Below, in pieces: positions 24,467 through 37,784 of a DNA stretch of 64,000 nt (position 1 is its first letter; every line of letters starts with the position of its first letter). The translations under genes were made by a program, and so were the position numbers. The notes beneath the pieces are model-generated. The model saw only the letters and a list, made by a program, of their open reading frames with translations. It ran no database searches and was not told the DNA's origin. The DNA comes from Spironucleus salmonicida (Eukaryota), in contig NC_090599.1 of NCBI RefSeq assembly GCF_000497125.1, positions 744,001 through 808,000 on the forward strand, given 5' to 3'.

Positions 24467-26182
24467 ATGACCCAGTCCCAGTACTCGGTGCAGTCGTCGC
24501 TGAGGTCCTTCAACGCGGCGCAGGTGCTGGTCACCGACCCGCTGAACAAGGTGATCCTGCACCACTTCATTCCGGAGTTCGTGCCGATCTTCATCTCGCG
24601 CACGGTCTCGGTCATAAACTACTTCACGCTGTCCTACTACCTGACGCCGCTGGACGCCGCCAACATCTATTTCGTGCACTACTTCATGGTCGCGATCTTC
24701 GGGGTCCTCTCCGAGGCCTTCACCGCCACGACCTACTTCTACATCTAGCGGTACCTGCACGAGCAGCAGCTCCAGGCAGCCTCGACGCACCTCACGTACT
24801 CCATGTTCGTCCGCACCGTCTTCATCGTCATCGCGACGGCCTGCGTGTACCCTCTGGCCGACAAAATGTACCTGCTGCTCACGGGCGACGCCAACTCCGA
24901 GTTCCCCTTCTACTTCAAGTTCTTCTCCGTCACCGCCCTCCTCAACTTCGCGCTGGAGCCGGAGATCAAGGCCGCTCTGCAGGCCGACCAGCGGCTGTCG
25001 GTGCTCGTGTGGCGCGCTGCGGTCCTGGCGGGGATGCAGATGGCGAGCTACTCGCTCTACTTCTTCGTCATCGTGTCCCAGTAGCTCAAGTTCTCCATCG
25101 ACGTCTTCACCTACGTGCAGGTGGCCGTGTTCTCGCTGCCCCAGCTAGCCCTCGCGGCCTCCTTCATCCCGAACTTCTACTTCCTGTCCGGGCGGTACCA
25201 GAATCTCTTCTTCAACCTGAAGCTGCTCTTCCCCTTCCGCTGGATGCTGGTCTCGCTCATCCTCATCAAGTTCTTCGAGGGCCTCCTGTTCGCGATCGGG
25301 CGGCCGATGACGAACATGGTGGTCATCTACCTCATGCTCTCGCGAGAATACCAGTCCGAGGAGATGGACCAGCTGATGGCGATCTACATCGTCTCGTTCG
25401 TCATCCTCAGCGAGGTGTCGCAGACCGCCACCGACGCCTTCGCGGAGCTCACCTTGCGCTTCACGGCCGCGAACCAGAACAACCACCGGATGGACAGGAT
25501 CCACACGTTCCTGCGGCAGAAGCTCTGGAAGATCTGCATCGCCTGCACCGTGTACGCCGTTGTGACCTTCCTGTTCACGTCGGTGCTGGTGCCGCTGTAC
25601 GTCAGGCAGATAACCCCGTCGCTGCAGAAGGTGGAGACCATAGTGAATATTCTGCCGAAGCTGCAGTACGCCTCGGTCGCCGGGATCTGCGTTCCGCCCT
25701 ACAGCTTCGTCATGGCGTTCTCGCGCGCCAAGAACGACCGCATCCGCTACATCCTCAGCGGCTGCGCGGCCCTCTCTGACCTCTGCCTCCTCGCCGTGGC
25801 CTACTTCTTCGGCCAGACCTACGACGTGTCGAACATCATTATCCTGAGCGCCCTCCTCCGCGGGACGTACGGCACCATTTGCTGGGTGTGGGAGCTCCGG
25901 CTATGCAAGGGCGAGGTCGAGGTCGAGACCCAGAACCAGAACCTGGGCCACCAGGTGGACGACCTCGTGCAGGAGGAGGAGGCGACTCCGCTGATGGACC
26001 TCAAGTCGCTCGCAGTCAGCCAGAGCCTCAACCTCAACCACAGCGGCAACGATATCAGCACCAAGCTGGAGACGAGCGACTTCCTGACCGGGATCCGGAC
26101 GAGCCAGATCAGCGGCGGCGGCTTCGGCGTCAACGAGGGGGTCTTCAACGCCAACAGCCACGTGCTGGGCTCGGCGAAGTGA
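24467..26182 (+). CDS. MATE/MOP-like transporter, copy 2
   Basis: Mirror of 16106-17821. Confidence 0.7.
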
Positions 26183-26412
26183 TATTTCAGTTTTCTCTGC
26201 GGGCGTGAAGCGGCGGGCTCTGGTGCTCCCGAGTCTGTACCGGCCATCACAATATTCCCGTCCAGGCCATGCATACTAGGAGTGAGCCGCTGCCCATCCC
26301 AGGCAGGTGGCTCTGACCATGCAGGCGGCTGTGCGAGAACGGCCTGGACCCACACCCAGTGCACACCTCACCGCACGAAGCGCACCTCCCGCGCGACAGC
26401 AAAAGACTTTCA

Positions 26413-26763
26413 TCACTTCGTAAGCACGGACAGGGCCGCCAGACCTAGAACCGCCAGCGCGAGGCATACAGCCCAGCGGCGCTGTCCGGCGTTCCCCGTG
26501 GGCGCAGCTGCGCCGGTATCTGCAGCATCACCCGCAACATTCTCCACGCAGCGCTACCCAGCGATCTCCCCGCCCGAGAAGGTCTGCGGCTGGGCGGAGG
26601 CGTCGGGCGTGGCGGGAGCCTTCGCGTAGAGGTCGCCCGCAGGCTTGCCCTGCAGCTGGGCCACGAGGGCACGGGTGGCGGCAATCTTGGCCCGGAGCAG
26701 CTGCGCCTGGCGGAAGAAGTCGTCGCTCTCCTCCTGCATGCGGCGAAGCGTCTCTGCGTACAT
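26413..26763 (-). CDS. Coiled-coil protein with C-terminal TM helix, copy 2
   Basis: Mirror of 15525-15875. Confidence 0.75.
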
Positions 26764-26837
26764 TTTGAATTCTGGTACCTTGGGACTAAATACGGTATAC
26801 TGGGGATAGCGGCGGATATTTTACTTGACGAAGTCGG

Positions 26838-27080
26838 TCACTGGAAGCAGAAGAACTTCGCGTCTGCGGGCTCGGGTGCTCCGCTGGCGTCGTCCAGCAC
26901 GAACTGCACCGTCTTCTGCGGCTCCGTCTGCGGTCCTGCTCCGGCCTCCGCCCCGCTCATCCACCGCACGAGCTCGGCGTCCTATGCGTCCAGGATTACT
27001 GGGGAGAGACCGGCGAAGCGGCCCGACGGCGTGCTCGAGTACGGTGCGATCGTGGCCTGGCCCACCTGCAGCGCGTCCAT
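26838..27080 (-). CDS. Hypothetical protein (80 aa), copy 2
   Basis: Mirror of 15208-15450. Confidence 0.65.
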
Positions 27081-27157
27081 TTTCCGATTGCCGCAGAATG
27101 CATATAATATCCGAAGCTGCCGCCGATACTTGCCCTCGGACAGTGACACGTAACCAA

Positions 27158-27505
27158 TCACACCTGGACGTTCTTCTGCTTGGGCGCCCTCAGACAGCAG
27201 ATGCACGTGGACACGACCAGCACGATGAACAGCGCCAGGACCACGCCGAACAAGATCGCCGAGATGGGCTTCCAGGCCGTCATCACGGTGGCGAAGATGC
27301 AGAAGTACGAGTCCTCCTGCACGAGGCATGGTGTAAGCTTCGTCCCAGACGCTGTGGTGCATTCGAAGGGCTCGAAGGCGTATGACCTGAACGCGCAGGG
27401 CACCTGCTGGGCGCTGCAGACCACCTGACGATTCCCGTTAGCGGTGTCCGCACACCCGGCCGAGCAGTTCTCTTCAACTACAGCACACGCTTGGGTGCTT
27501 GACAT
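27158..27505 (-). CDS. Small Cys-rich single-pass membrane protein, copy 2
   Basis: Mirror of 14783-15130. Confidence 0.8.
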   Translation of the reverse strand: MSSTQACAVVEENCSAGCADTANGNRQVVCSAQQVPCAFRSYAFEPFECTTASGTKLTPCLVQEDSYFCIFATVMTAWKPISAILFGVVLALFIVLVVSTCICCLRAPKQKNVQV

Positions 27506-28036
27506 TTATAAAGAGAACGCATAAGTGCTGGTTTCATATTTAAGGGGTATATACTAGAATTTTATGTTTTTGAAGGACATAGGCAGATTATAATATCCAG
27601 CCTACCTTTCGTGCGGGAGCGAAAAGCAACACGCGATGCTACGTCGACGCACCCGGCATGGCTGCGGGCGGCTCGCCAGGTCTCCTTGTGGTGGCTAGCG
27701 TGATCTGAATGGTCCTGCTCTCCGCATGGGTGTGCCCTCGGAGTATGACGCCATGCCCGAATGGCTGCCTATACACCCACTGCCATAGCTCCCTCGCTCT
27801 TCGGGTAGTTGCTGGCACGGGTAACCCGAAACTGCTGCCTGGCCAGATTCTCGCACCCTGGGCGCAATACAGATTCAATCGCACGACAGTACTCCCCAGC
27901 CCTGAAAGGGGCGCAGCTGGAAAAGCCAGACCCGGGCCCTAGCGCGGCTCGGAGCACCGGGAGGATGTACGGCGGATGCGCAGAAGCGACCTAGCGCCGG
28001 CGGCCGACTCACGCCCGCCCAACTATACAGATTGCG

Positions 28037-28603
28037 TCACTCGCCTAGCCTGTCCCTGAGCTCCTCTATCTCCTCGTTCTTCTTCTTCATCATCCGGACG
28101 ATGTTCTGGTACTGGGGCGCGGCGTCCACCTTGGCCTGGAGCAGCTACCCCGCCTCCGCGAGCTCGGCGTCCTTCTGGAGCAGCTGGGCCTCGAGCTCCT
28201 TGATCCGGCCCTCGTTCTGGATGAGGGACGTGTTGTCCACCTTCTTAAACTGGGTCGCGTTCTGGTTGTCGACGCCCTTCTCGAACATCTTCAGCCGGGC
28301 CTCGTTCTCGAGGTCGGTAATCTTGGGCTAGATCTCGACCGACTGCTCGCTGGCCTGCGACATCAGCTGCATTGCGAGGGATCCCGCGAGCTTCGAGATC
28401 TTCTCCTGGTCCGAGCTGACGAGGGAGTTGATCTGGGACGCGAAGGACGTCAGGACCTCGCGGACCTCCTCCACGTCGAACACGGACTTGCCGCTGAAGT
28501 TGAGCTCCTGCAGCTGGTCCTGGGATATGCTCTGGATCTCGGAGAGCGACTGCTTGAAGAACAGCGAGAAGAAGCGCACGACGTCCTGCACGGGTTTCTG
28601 CAT
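28037..28603 (-). CDS. LZTFL1: LZTFL1-like protein, copy 2
   Basis: Mirror of 13685-14251. Confidence 0.75.
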
Positions 28604-29693
28604 TATTGCAAAGGAAGTGGCTGCGATACCTTGTATACTGCGTATTATAGACTGAATCCGGTTGGGCCCTCTGGCGGTGCGATACGCCGCAAATTGCATC
28701 GCCTCCGCCCAATCCCTGCAATGGAACGATGCCCAGAAACTTATTTATCAGCCCTCCCGAGCGCTGGGATTTTCTGCCCTTTTCACCCTCGGCCCATTCC
28801 CTGGGCCCCGATGCGAACCCGCCCCTCGCAACCTGGCGCCCCAAACTGCAGTTTTAGCACCCGTTTCTGCGCAATATGGGCTGCACGGTCCCAACAAAGT
28901 CATTTTCTATCACAGATCGCCGCATTTGCGTTTGCTCTAAGCGTGCGCTTCAGGATTAAGCATTCCAAGCAGCAAGTTCCGGAAAGCCGTGTTTGCGCTC
29001 TAGCGCGTGGTAGCAACTCCGAAACGCGTGGGCAGACTTTTAAAGCAAAAATGCGTATTTCTCGTCGATGAAAGGTTGGGGGCGAGCGAAATGGGCATTA
29101 AAAAATTGATGGTAAAGTGCGCAGCTGGGCTTAATTGGGGATGTTCATTCGTTAAAGTACGTGTGCTATTCCAGCATGGTTAGGCAATTACACTTTTCCG
29201 GAAATCGGAGAATCGCTCCATTTCGGCAAGTCCCAGAATGCATTACTGCGCGCCGCATTCCGAACTCCGAATTGACTGCAACCGGCGGGCTACAAAGTGC
29301 TGGGACGCTTGAATTGCAATTGGCGATTTGCTTGAACTGCGCATGGCCAGTCCCGCTAAATGCTGAGCCGGTAGAGGGATACGAGTCGCTAGGTATGGCT
29401 GGCTAACTTAATGGTATGCGGGAGTCGGTTCTCAAGTTTGGGCGCCAGAAATGTGAGAGGTCGAAAGAAAATTACGGAAGGGCGTGTTTGGCAAAGGATC
29501 AAAGCTGAAACTCGCTTCAAATTCAAAATTTCACTCCAATTGTAACAAATGAGGTATTTTTCGATAATTATCAGAATTAACGTAAAATATGATTTTATAA
29601 ATTTTATATTGAATTTGATTTTTCGCTCCATTTAAAAATTATCTGAATTTAAATGTATAATAATACATTCTAAGAAAATATTCTTTCCTCACC

Positions 29694-31289
29694 TCAATTC
29701 ACCTAAATATACATTACGGGGTGTCTTTTGGCGTAAATCTACCTCAGAACTACAAATATGCAGGCCGCTCCAAATGCTGAAATCATCAGAACCCACCCCT
29801 CCCAAAATTCGTCGTATTTACCAATTACTTCTAGATTAGTCAAGTGCAGCATTTGCCCTAGCACCGAAACGACGCCAAAATAACTCCCAAAACCAAATCT
29901 TTACAGCATCGTAATATGTTGCGGCTGGACCTCGAAGCAGTACACGTTGTCTTATGACGGGAAAAGAACATTTCCGCTAACGCTGAACTGGAAATTCAGT
30001 CTATTGAAATCCTCGATGCTATGACTGATGTTAATTTCGATAGAAGCAAAAGAGCGCGAGGATTCGATAGTTTTGTCGATGTTTACGCAGATCTAATTCC
30101 CCGTTAGCGTGATATTGGCATGCCCGACGGGGATCTGCAGTGGGTTAAAACGGTACGATCCATAGTACTCACCCTTCCGGTAGAGCTTGTAAACGATTGT
30201 CTCAGATTTATTAGCCGGGTAGGTCTGAATCAGGCGGAGCTGCTTCTCGCATTCAGCCTGGGAATTGAATTCGGAGATTTCCCACGTTTCGCAAGTAAGG
30301 TATCGCTAGATTCTGAACGGAAAATCTGTGTAAAACTGCAGTTAGAACGTCTTACCAGTCTCATCTGCGAGCTCAGAGGCTGTTACCCAGAAAGTTTGCG
30401 TGTCATAGCTGTCAAAATTACAGAGTGGCTCTGCGTTAATTTAGGCAATATAGGCAAAGGATTCAAAAAATGCAACTCTGTCTTAGAGTGTACATGTGAC
30501 CGTAACGTCACGTTTGGACACAGATAATGTGTAAATCAAGTTATATTCAAGGATAATATTTTCAGTTTTCTCCACGCCGTAATCGTCTGTATATTTGTTT
30601 TCAATTGCTATTTTCTTAGGTATGACTATCTCAACAATAATGTTTATAAAATTATCGCCTGAAATCTGAATGGAGGTATCTACACACAAGGTTTTCTCTT
30701 CATCGGTCCCAACCTTGCAATTTACCTCTGGAAGAATAAGTTTACTAAAATCAAATGCATCCTTTGTAATGTTTTGAGTTTGAATTACTTAACCATGTAA
30801 TATAAGTGCATACATCACATCTGCAGTAGGTGTGATAATGCATTTTGGATTAGTTTTGAAGTTAACCTGAATCGTTTCAAACGTCTCATACGAGATGGAC
30901 TAGTCAAAAATGCATCCATTATAATCATACACAACAACCATCAATACACCAGCTACAGCTTCTTATATAAGATCATTGTCTAAAAATAAGATTCCATAAG
31001 ATGCAATTACATAATTGCTAGCATTTTCAGCTGACGCACCGAGGGAAGGGTTTAGTATAATACTCGCATCCTTAAATGCATCGTAAACAATAAAATCTGA
31101 TCTAAATTAATTTTAACCTATGATTATTTCATAAATCCCTGTCTTTCCAGATTGAGCTTAGCAACTTATTTTTTCTTCTGCATTCAACTCGGTTCTTGGA
31201 TGTGTATAGAAATATACTTAATTAGTTTGTTTATTCACTTCTACCCTAGATGATTTCTTTTAACATGTGAACCCTAAGACTGCTAGCAT
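29694..31289 (-). CDS. Type-I membrane/surface protein of unknown family (531 aa)
   Basis: MLAVLGFTCQKKSSRVEVNKQTNQ..., spaced Cys, C-terminal FWEGWVLMISAFGAACIFVVL TM helix; includes listed ORF 30483-30689; paralogue at 40.3-41.9 kb. Confidence 0.85.
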
Positions 31290-32063
31290 TTTTAATAATA
31301 TTAAACTTAAAATTTGTACTTATATTAGGATTAAAAAACTTCAAATTTAATTATCCACAATATTAAACCAATACTATTTATATAAAATTGGGATATAAAA
31401 TATTGTTATACAATTATATAAGTTAGTTATCATGGAAATCATGTATAATTTTTTTTATTATAATTATATATAGCAAATAGTTCTGTCGAAAAAAAGAAAT
31501 AATTATAAAAAATTGAAAATAAATTGACCGAATATGGGATAATTGTAGTTAAAATTTTATGTCTAAAAATAATTTAAGGTATACTAAAATTAATATATTT
31601 AATAAAAGAATTTTGATCAAAAAATATATAAGTAATATTTAGTATAACAGTAGTTAATAAAAAAACACGGAAATAGTAAATTACATTATTTTAATATCTA
31701 CTCTAATAAGTAATTTAGTAGAGGAAATATATAATGTAATCTTTAATAGTGATAGCATCTAATTAATAGTATAATTAGTATTTAAATTTTATTAAATATA
31801 TATTCCCCTATAAAGTATTAATTAATAATAAATTGAAAATATATCCAATTACATTTTATTTTATTCTAGTTATTCTTATTACTATCCACTATATAATTTA
31901 TCATGGCCTAACAATAATTTCCTAAAACTATTTCATTTTAAATCTTTATCAAAATAACGTAAATAAAAAATAAATAAGCATATGCTATAATTAAAATTTA
32001 TTTGAATAAATTATATCATATTAATAGCAGAAATACAATATATACTTTTAATACGTATACATC

Positions 32064-32501
32064 TCACTTCTTCAAGACTTAAACAAGCCGTTATTTTTCA
32101 ATGAGACTTTCTAAAATCTAACGCTTTAAAGGAATGCCGCTATCTATGATTTTCTGTTAAATTTCTTGTATTTTCATGTTTTTTTATTAAATTTCACGTC
32201 TAGTTTCTTCTAAATTTATAAGTTTCAGCCGTGCATTTTCTTCTAATAACCATGGCATATCCATTTGCTCAGATGAAGAATTATCTGCTAAAGATATCGA
32301 ACTATTCATTGCAAATGAATCTTCCTTGTAAACTAGCGGCTCTGATACTCGTGATTTGGACAAAGTCTTGATTTTTGTATTAAATTTATCTGTATGATAA
32401 AACTTAAGCTTGATTAATTCCAATGTGGTTATCTGGCTCTGTATTTAAATTTTTTTGAAGTCAATTTCTCGAGCAGTTGCAGAAAAATTTATTTCCGCCA
32501 T
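32064..32501 (-). CDS. Hypothetical coiled-coil protein (145 aa)
   Basis: Extends listed ORF 32187-32423 both ways through TAA; ends AAG-TGA. Confidence 0.7.
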
Positions 32502-32558
32502 TATAATTTTTGCAATATATATTATTATATGCTAAAAAATATATATTTCACTTTCCGA

Positions 32559-33221
32559 ATGTCCAACAATGTGCTGATAGAACTAGACCAGATCCCCATA
32601 TCGTACTTCTACACGCAGCCAAATTTCGACCATTTCAAGCCGTAGTTCACCCAGTTCAAGAATTTTGTGACGACTAAAAAGCACCTCACGAATCCGCCGC
32701 TCGCTCAGCTGGCGCCAGTGCTCGAGCAGCTCGTAAAGGCGCTGCCGGAGGCGCCCCAGCGCACCTTGCTCGCAAATGCGCTAATTTACGCGCAGAAAGT
32801 CACGATTTTGCGAGAGAATTCACCTGAAATTCAACTTTCCACTCCTAAAATCTACGGCGAGGACCAGTTTTTGGACGACCTTCTGATCGACAGGTTCGGC
32901 CGCTCCAATTCGAACCCGAGCACGCCGACGCCGATGGCCACGAAGAAGGCCGTTTAGCACTAGAAAACGCCCTTTGCGCCGAGCCCGAACGAGGCCTAAA
33001 TCTCGCCTATTGGGCCGAGTCTGGCAGCAGTCAAAAATTGCAAAAATTGCAAAAATGGCTTTGCTAATGCTAGTCAAATGCCAGCGCGGGCGTTGTGTAA
33101 GGCGCCCTAGCAGCAAAAATCGATAGAGGAGCTGATGCGCTGGCAGGCTAGAATGCAAATCGTTAACAGCCTGCTGCTGGTTGCTGTATTGGTAGTTCTG
33201 GTGGCCGATAGGCTTTTGTGA
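32559..33221 (+). CDS. Hypothetical tail-anchored protein (220 aa)
   Basis: MSNNVLIELDQIPISYFY...IVNSLLLVAVLVVLVADRLL-TGA; C-rich motif before the ATG. Confidence 0.8.
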
Positions 33222-33373
33222 TCGGTTTTAATTGTGCATAATGCGGTAAATAGGCTGAAACGGCTCGGTTTCGGGCCGTAGCGAAATTGGCAAACGGGTA
33301 AAAACAGGTTTTTGGTTTATTATATATTGTTATTATTATATGAAAATATGCGCTTGATAATTCAAAATTCAAA

Positions 33374-33955
33374 ATGTCAGAGAGTTTATCGGTTTCGCTG
33401 TTAAACGCGAAAAAGCTACTTTTGAATCCTAAGCTTAAGGAATGCGAAGATATCTCCACAGAAGTTTATCTGTCACTGCGGAAATTTAAAACAACAAACT
33501 CAATTCACGAGCTAATACATGCATAAAATGTATTATCATAAATTAAGAATAGCGTAATAGGGTCTCCGATTTAGCTTATTAATATTATGAATGATGAAAT
33601 ATCAGATACTATCTAAGATTTTGATGATACTGTTTAGTGTGAACCGATTTCAATGTCTTTGTCAGGTTCACTACTATCATAATCTCTCTAGAATTCAATT
33701 ATTCACGAGAAAGTAGAGTCAATAAGCAATATATTTGATTCTATTGAAACTGACGATGTAAGTTACTTAAATATAAAGCCTAAATAAATAGAATTTTCAA
33801 CACCAAAAATGTCAATTATATCCTAAAAATCTTGCTAACTTTAACTTACCCCTGAGTCAAATCATGAGTCCATTGAATAGAATAATGAAAATATAGTAAG
33901 TATTATATTTTCAGTCATAGTTTGCTGTTTTGGAATCATTATGGTTTCTAAGTGA
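33374..33955 (+). CDS. Hypothetical tail-anchored protein (193 aa)
   Basis: MSESLSVSLLNAKK...IVSIIFSVIVCCFGIIMVSK-TGA. Confidence 0.75.
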
Positions 33956-33966
33956 AATATTGTATT

Positions 33967-34326
33967 TCATAAAAATTCTTCGCTGGCCCAAAACAGAGCT
34001 ATTGCAGCAGCAGCTACTCCAATCACAGACCTCCAGTTCTTTTTTGTATTAATTATAGTCTTCTGCTTTATTTCCTTTTAATTCTGTTCAATTAAATTAA
34101 TTACTATTTTCAGTTATTAGTAATATCTATCTTTAGGCATAAACTAAATTATTTCAATCACCCATTTTTTACATTATGAAAAATCATTTTTTTACTAATA
34201 CCGCTCTATTTTAGAGAATGTTTTCAAGTTTATAATTTATTTTTATATAACATTATACGCTGATAGTCCAAAGAAATAAGAGTTTGGGATTGAATCAATA
34301 ATATTTAAAATTTCTATATTGGTCAT
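33967..34326 (-). CDS. Hypothetical protein with hydrophobic C-terminus (119 aa)
   Basis: MTNIEILNIIDSIPNSYFF...WRSVIGVAAAAIALFWASEEFL-TGA; N-terminus resembles the 32559 gene. Confidence 0.7.
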
Positions 34327-34495
34327 TTATTGAAGCGGAGAAAGCTGATTAAGTAATAAATTATATATAATCATTGTTAAATCAAATATCAAACTAAATA
34401 TAGATTGTGAAGTTCTCTCGAAAATTTTATATTTTATATTTGTTAATAAAAAAATAATATATTATATTATCTATAACATTTTACTAATAAACAAA

Positions 34496-35269
34496 ATGTC
34501 AGATTTAGGCTCATTTCGTAACATTGTTAACAGTGATTATTATTCTAATTACATAGGGCCAATTACTAAGTTAAATGAGGTCGAATTTCCATACAAATAA
34601 GAGTTATCTGAAAAACTTTCAGAAGAAATGAAGATACTTTATCTTTAGAAAACTCAATTAGATGAACAGTTAGAATCTTTTACTACAACAACAAAACTGC
34701 ACTAAAATATTTCAAATACTATTAATTTACGTAAAACTATGGCATAATTAAAGGTATTAGATGATCAGATAAATGGTGAGGATCCTATGGATTCTGACGA
34801 AAAGTTAGTTATTGATGATTTAGAAATGATTTAAAATGATTATGAGGCGTAAAAATTGAATGATATCTACAAATAGTCTATTTTAGATTTAAAACTTCAA
34901 GAGGCAGCATACGACTCTGTAATTCTATTGAATAATGAAATTAAGACTGAAATGAACCCACTACAAGCAATGTTTAACGGACTTAATAAATGTGACTTTT
35001 TCATATAAGGAGAATATGGGGCAGGGTATTTTTCAATTTTTGAAGGAGTTTTAAATTTTTATTTATGGGATACTAGAGAGTTAATATTTAGCGATTCTAT
35101 TGAAGCATATAATTTTGACTTTACATGTTAGGAAAAGATTAAAAAGATACTTGCTGGGCGATATGATCCTGGAGACTATTATGTTATAATTTGGTAAGAT
35201 GGATAAGAACTTATAATAGCCCTAGAGTTATTTGTTTATGAAAGTTTGCGTTCTTATATGAAAAAATGA
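34496..35269 (+). CDS. Hypothetical protein (257 aa)
   Basis: Uninterrupted ATG-to-TGA frame MSDLGSFRNIVNSD...SLRSYMKK with TAR=Gln. Confidence 0.75.
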
Positions 35270-35282
35270 ATTTTTACGAAGC

Positions 35283-35489
35283 TCACTGCATCAAAACATA
35301 AGGGGGAACTTTCTTATATTTTTTAGTTATTCTGCTATCTTTAAAGCTAAGATATTGCCCGCAGTCTTTCTCGAATTCTTCTTCTAATAAACATGACATT
35401 GGAGGTCTCTAAAAGTAAATTTCCTTCATACGCTTCCCATGATACATTGTGTCAAGCATGTAAAGTATTTCACTTCCTATGTGTTCCAT
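35283..35489 (-). CDS. Possible small protein (68 aa)
   Basis: MEHIGSEILYMLD...VPPYVLMQ, ends CAG-TGA; short, no recognisable motif. Confidence 0.35.
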
Positions 35490-35628
35490 TCTTAAGCCAG
35501 TTCTTGTAACTGTACTATGTAATTTATTTCGTGCTCAAAAACCGAAGAAACTAAAAACTTTTATATCACTAATTTTGATATAATAATGCTCATTTTGAAA
35601 ATTAACAAACCTTTATTATTCACTAAAT

Positions 35629-36273
35629 TCACTTTTTCCACGTCAGCTCCCAAAGCCAGCAATTTTGTCTAACGTCTTTTTCATAAATTGCGTCGTCCTC
35701 CGGAAACTGCCTCTGGCACTCGATTTCCCTAACGAAAACGCAGTCAAAAGCGCTCCTGGCGGTCTCAAAAAACGTCATTATGCTAGCTTTCTTCTCTGGT
35801 TAATGGTGCTAAAAAATTACGTAAATGGTGCCATTCGGTGACAAACTCTCTTTTAGCGTTTGTAGAATGTTTGCGTGTTCCTGCACCATTTGGATGCAGT
35901 CGGACACGAGAATGACTTCGAATTTTTAGTCCAAATGGTTACCCCAAAGGAGCGGAAAAATTTTTGCTGTAGAATTATTATTTATTATATTATAATTTAT
36001 ATTATTTAATATCTGTTTGTTCGGAAAGTCAGTTGTTACGACCTAACTGGAGAAGCGGGACGCTATTATTGCGGGCAGCCCGGAACCAGATCCCAGCTCC
36101 AGGATCGTTTTATCTCTGAAAAGTAAGGTATTGCTTTGTATGAATTCGGCCAATTAAATTGCTGAATTGAACAAAATATGGCTCCACAAGGAATCGTTGG
36201 CAAGTAACTGTAGTCTAGTATCGAATATGTCAACATATGTAAGCTATTCTGGCGAGGACGACGGCTCAAACAT
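35629..36273 (-). CDS. Seven-beta-strand protein methyltransferase, Efm7/NNT1-like (214 aa)
   Basis: SLWSHILFNSA, ILELGSGSGLP (SAM motif I), VVTTDFP, LLWG, ILVSDCI; ends AAG-TGA. Confidence 0.85.
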
Positions 36274-36332
36274 GATGAAGTGGAAAGAAAAATATAGGTA
36301 TTATATAATAATAAATAGAATTTAAATAAACA

Positions 36333-37043
36333 ATGTAAAAATAGTCCAAATCAACGACTAACATTTTGTAGTCATTTACACTATTAAAAGCTAGGTAGAA
36401 ATCATAAGGATGCATTATACCTAGGTATAATATTCCAAACAAGCCTATGAGTAGATAAGATATTTTTAAAAATATTTCTGAATGTTAGCTTTAAGACCTG
36501 TCTGAAAATTCATCTTAAGCACAGAATTAGCTTTATTTACAGCCTATTTTTAAACCATTGAACACTGAAAAAAGATATAAAGAATTAGAAGGTACGTAGC
36601 TCAAAACTATCTGGTATGAATGTCTGTTTTTTGGTAGAGATTAACTTTTACTCTCTATTTAGAAAAATTTTCGTAGAGAAAAGAAACGTTAAGAGTATAT
36701 TGATTTTTAAGAGGTTCCTGTTGTAACGGTTCGCTTTCAAAAGTATAGATCCACTCATATTGTTGATAATGAGAAATAAATACTTAATCGTGTTGGAAAA
36801 CTCTATATTTAAGACTTAAAAACTCAATTTCAGTCATTATTTGGAAAACTAGATTTCTATGAATACTATTTATTTCTTCGTTGGCAAATAGATTAAAAAA
36901 TTTATATTTATCTAAATGCAGTCCCAATCACAAAGAAATTTCTGGATATCTCAAACATAGGGATTCTGAGACTTAAAAAAGTCAAAATGGAGCGGATTAT
37001 CATTTAAATTTACTCATAGCCGGACGATATCGAGTTAATTTGA
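36333..37043 (+). CDS. Hypothetical protein (236 aa)
   Basis: Long TGA-free frame from ATG, divergent from the methyltransferase. Confidence 0.6.
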
Positions 37044-37784
37044 CGATAAACGCATATTAACACAAAATCCTCTCATTTAATTGTCTATTTCCGTATCGCA
37101 TTTCTCCCGTTTATAAATAATATGTCTAACAGTATTGAAATAAACTTACTATGCGTTATTACAGCCCATTTGCTGTACTTATTACCAAAAAACTAATATT
37201 TTACCATAAATTTCATTTTTTCCCAAATCTCATTATTAAACCACCATTTTATCATCACTATAATTTATTATCAACAATACTACTAAAACTCCTTCTTTCA
37301 CTTCGTATTATCCTAAATTTTGATTTAATTGTCCTTCTCTTATACTCCGAAAAATCGAAATTTTGAAGTACTCGTTTTACCATTTCACAGTCTTTATATC
37401 ATTTTCTATAATTCAATTAACACTAATCAGCGAAATATACTCAAAAACACGTTTCCTTCTATTCCTCTCTGGAATTCGCTGTTTTTCTTGACGATTAAAT
37501 TCCAGAAAAATTTCAGCAGGCGACGGCACGAAGTGAAGAATTGTAAGTAAATTATGACTAAAGCTGATATAAAAAATCACAAATTGGCTCGTTATATCAG
37601 TTCAATAATATTTATCTGAATAAACTAAGAGGAAACTATCAATATTTGTAATTTTAACTCAAAATCCGAAAATTTGAGCTCTGACTGCAGGAAACTGCAA
37701 AGATGCTCTAGAGATTTATCTTATAAATTTGGTGGGAAGGTGCAGAAGAACACTTGATACTTTATACATAATAATAGGGAAATT

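Larger units (their letters stand above)
21773..29485. repeat. Inverted duplication 1, right arm
   Basis: Reverse complement of 12803-20516. Confidence 0.97.

Noticed and set aside
12803-29485. Transposon with long terminal inverted repeats
   Set aside because: No transposase, integrase or polymerase ORF; the arms carry cellular genes; no target-site duplication seen.
37050-37780. Coding-looking stretch upstream of the triplicated block
   Set aside because: No frame I could support as a gene on either strand; left unassigned.
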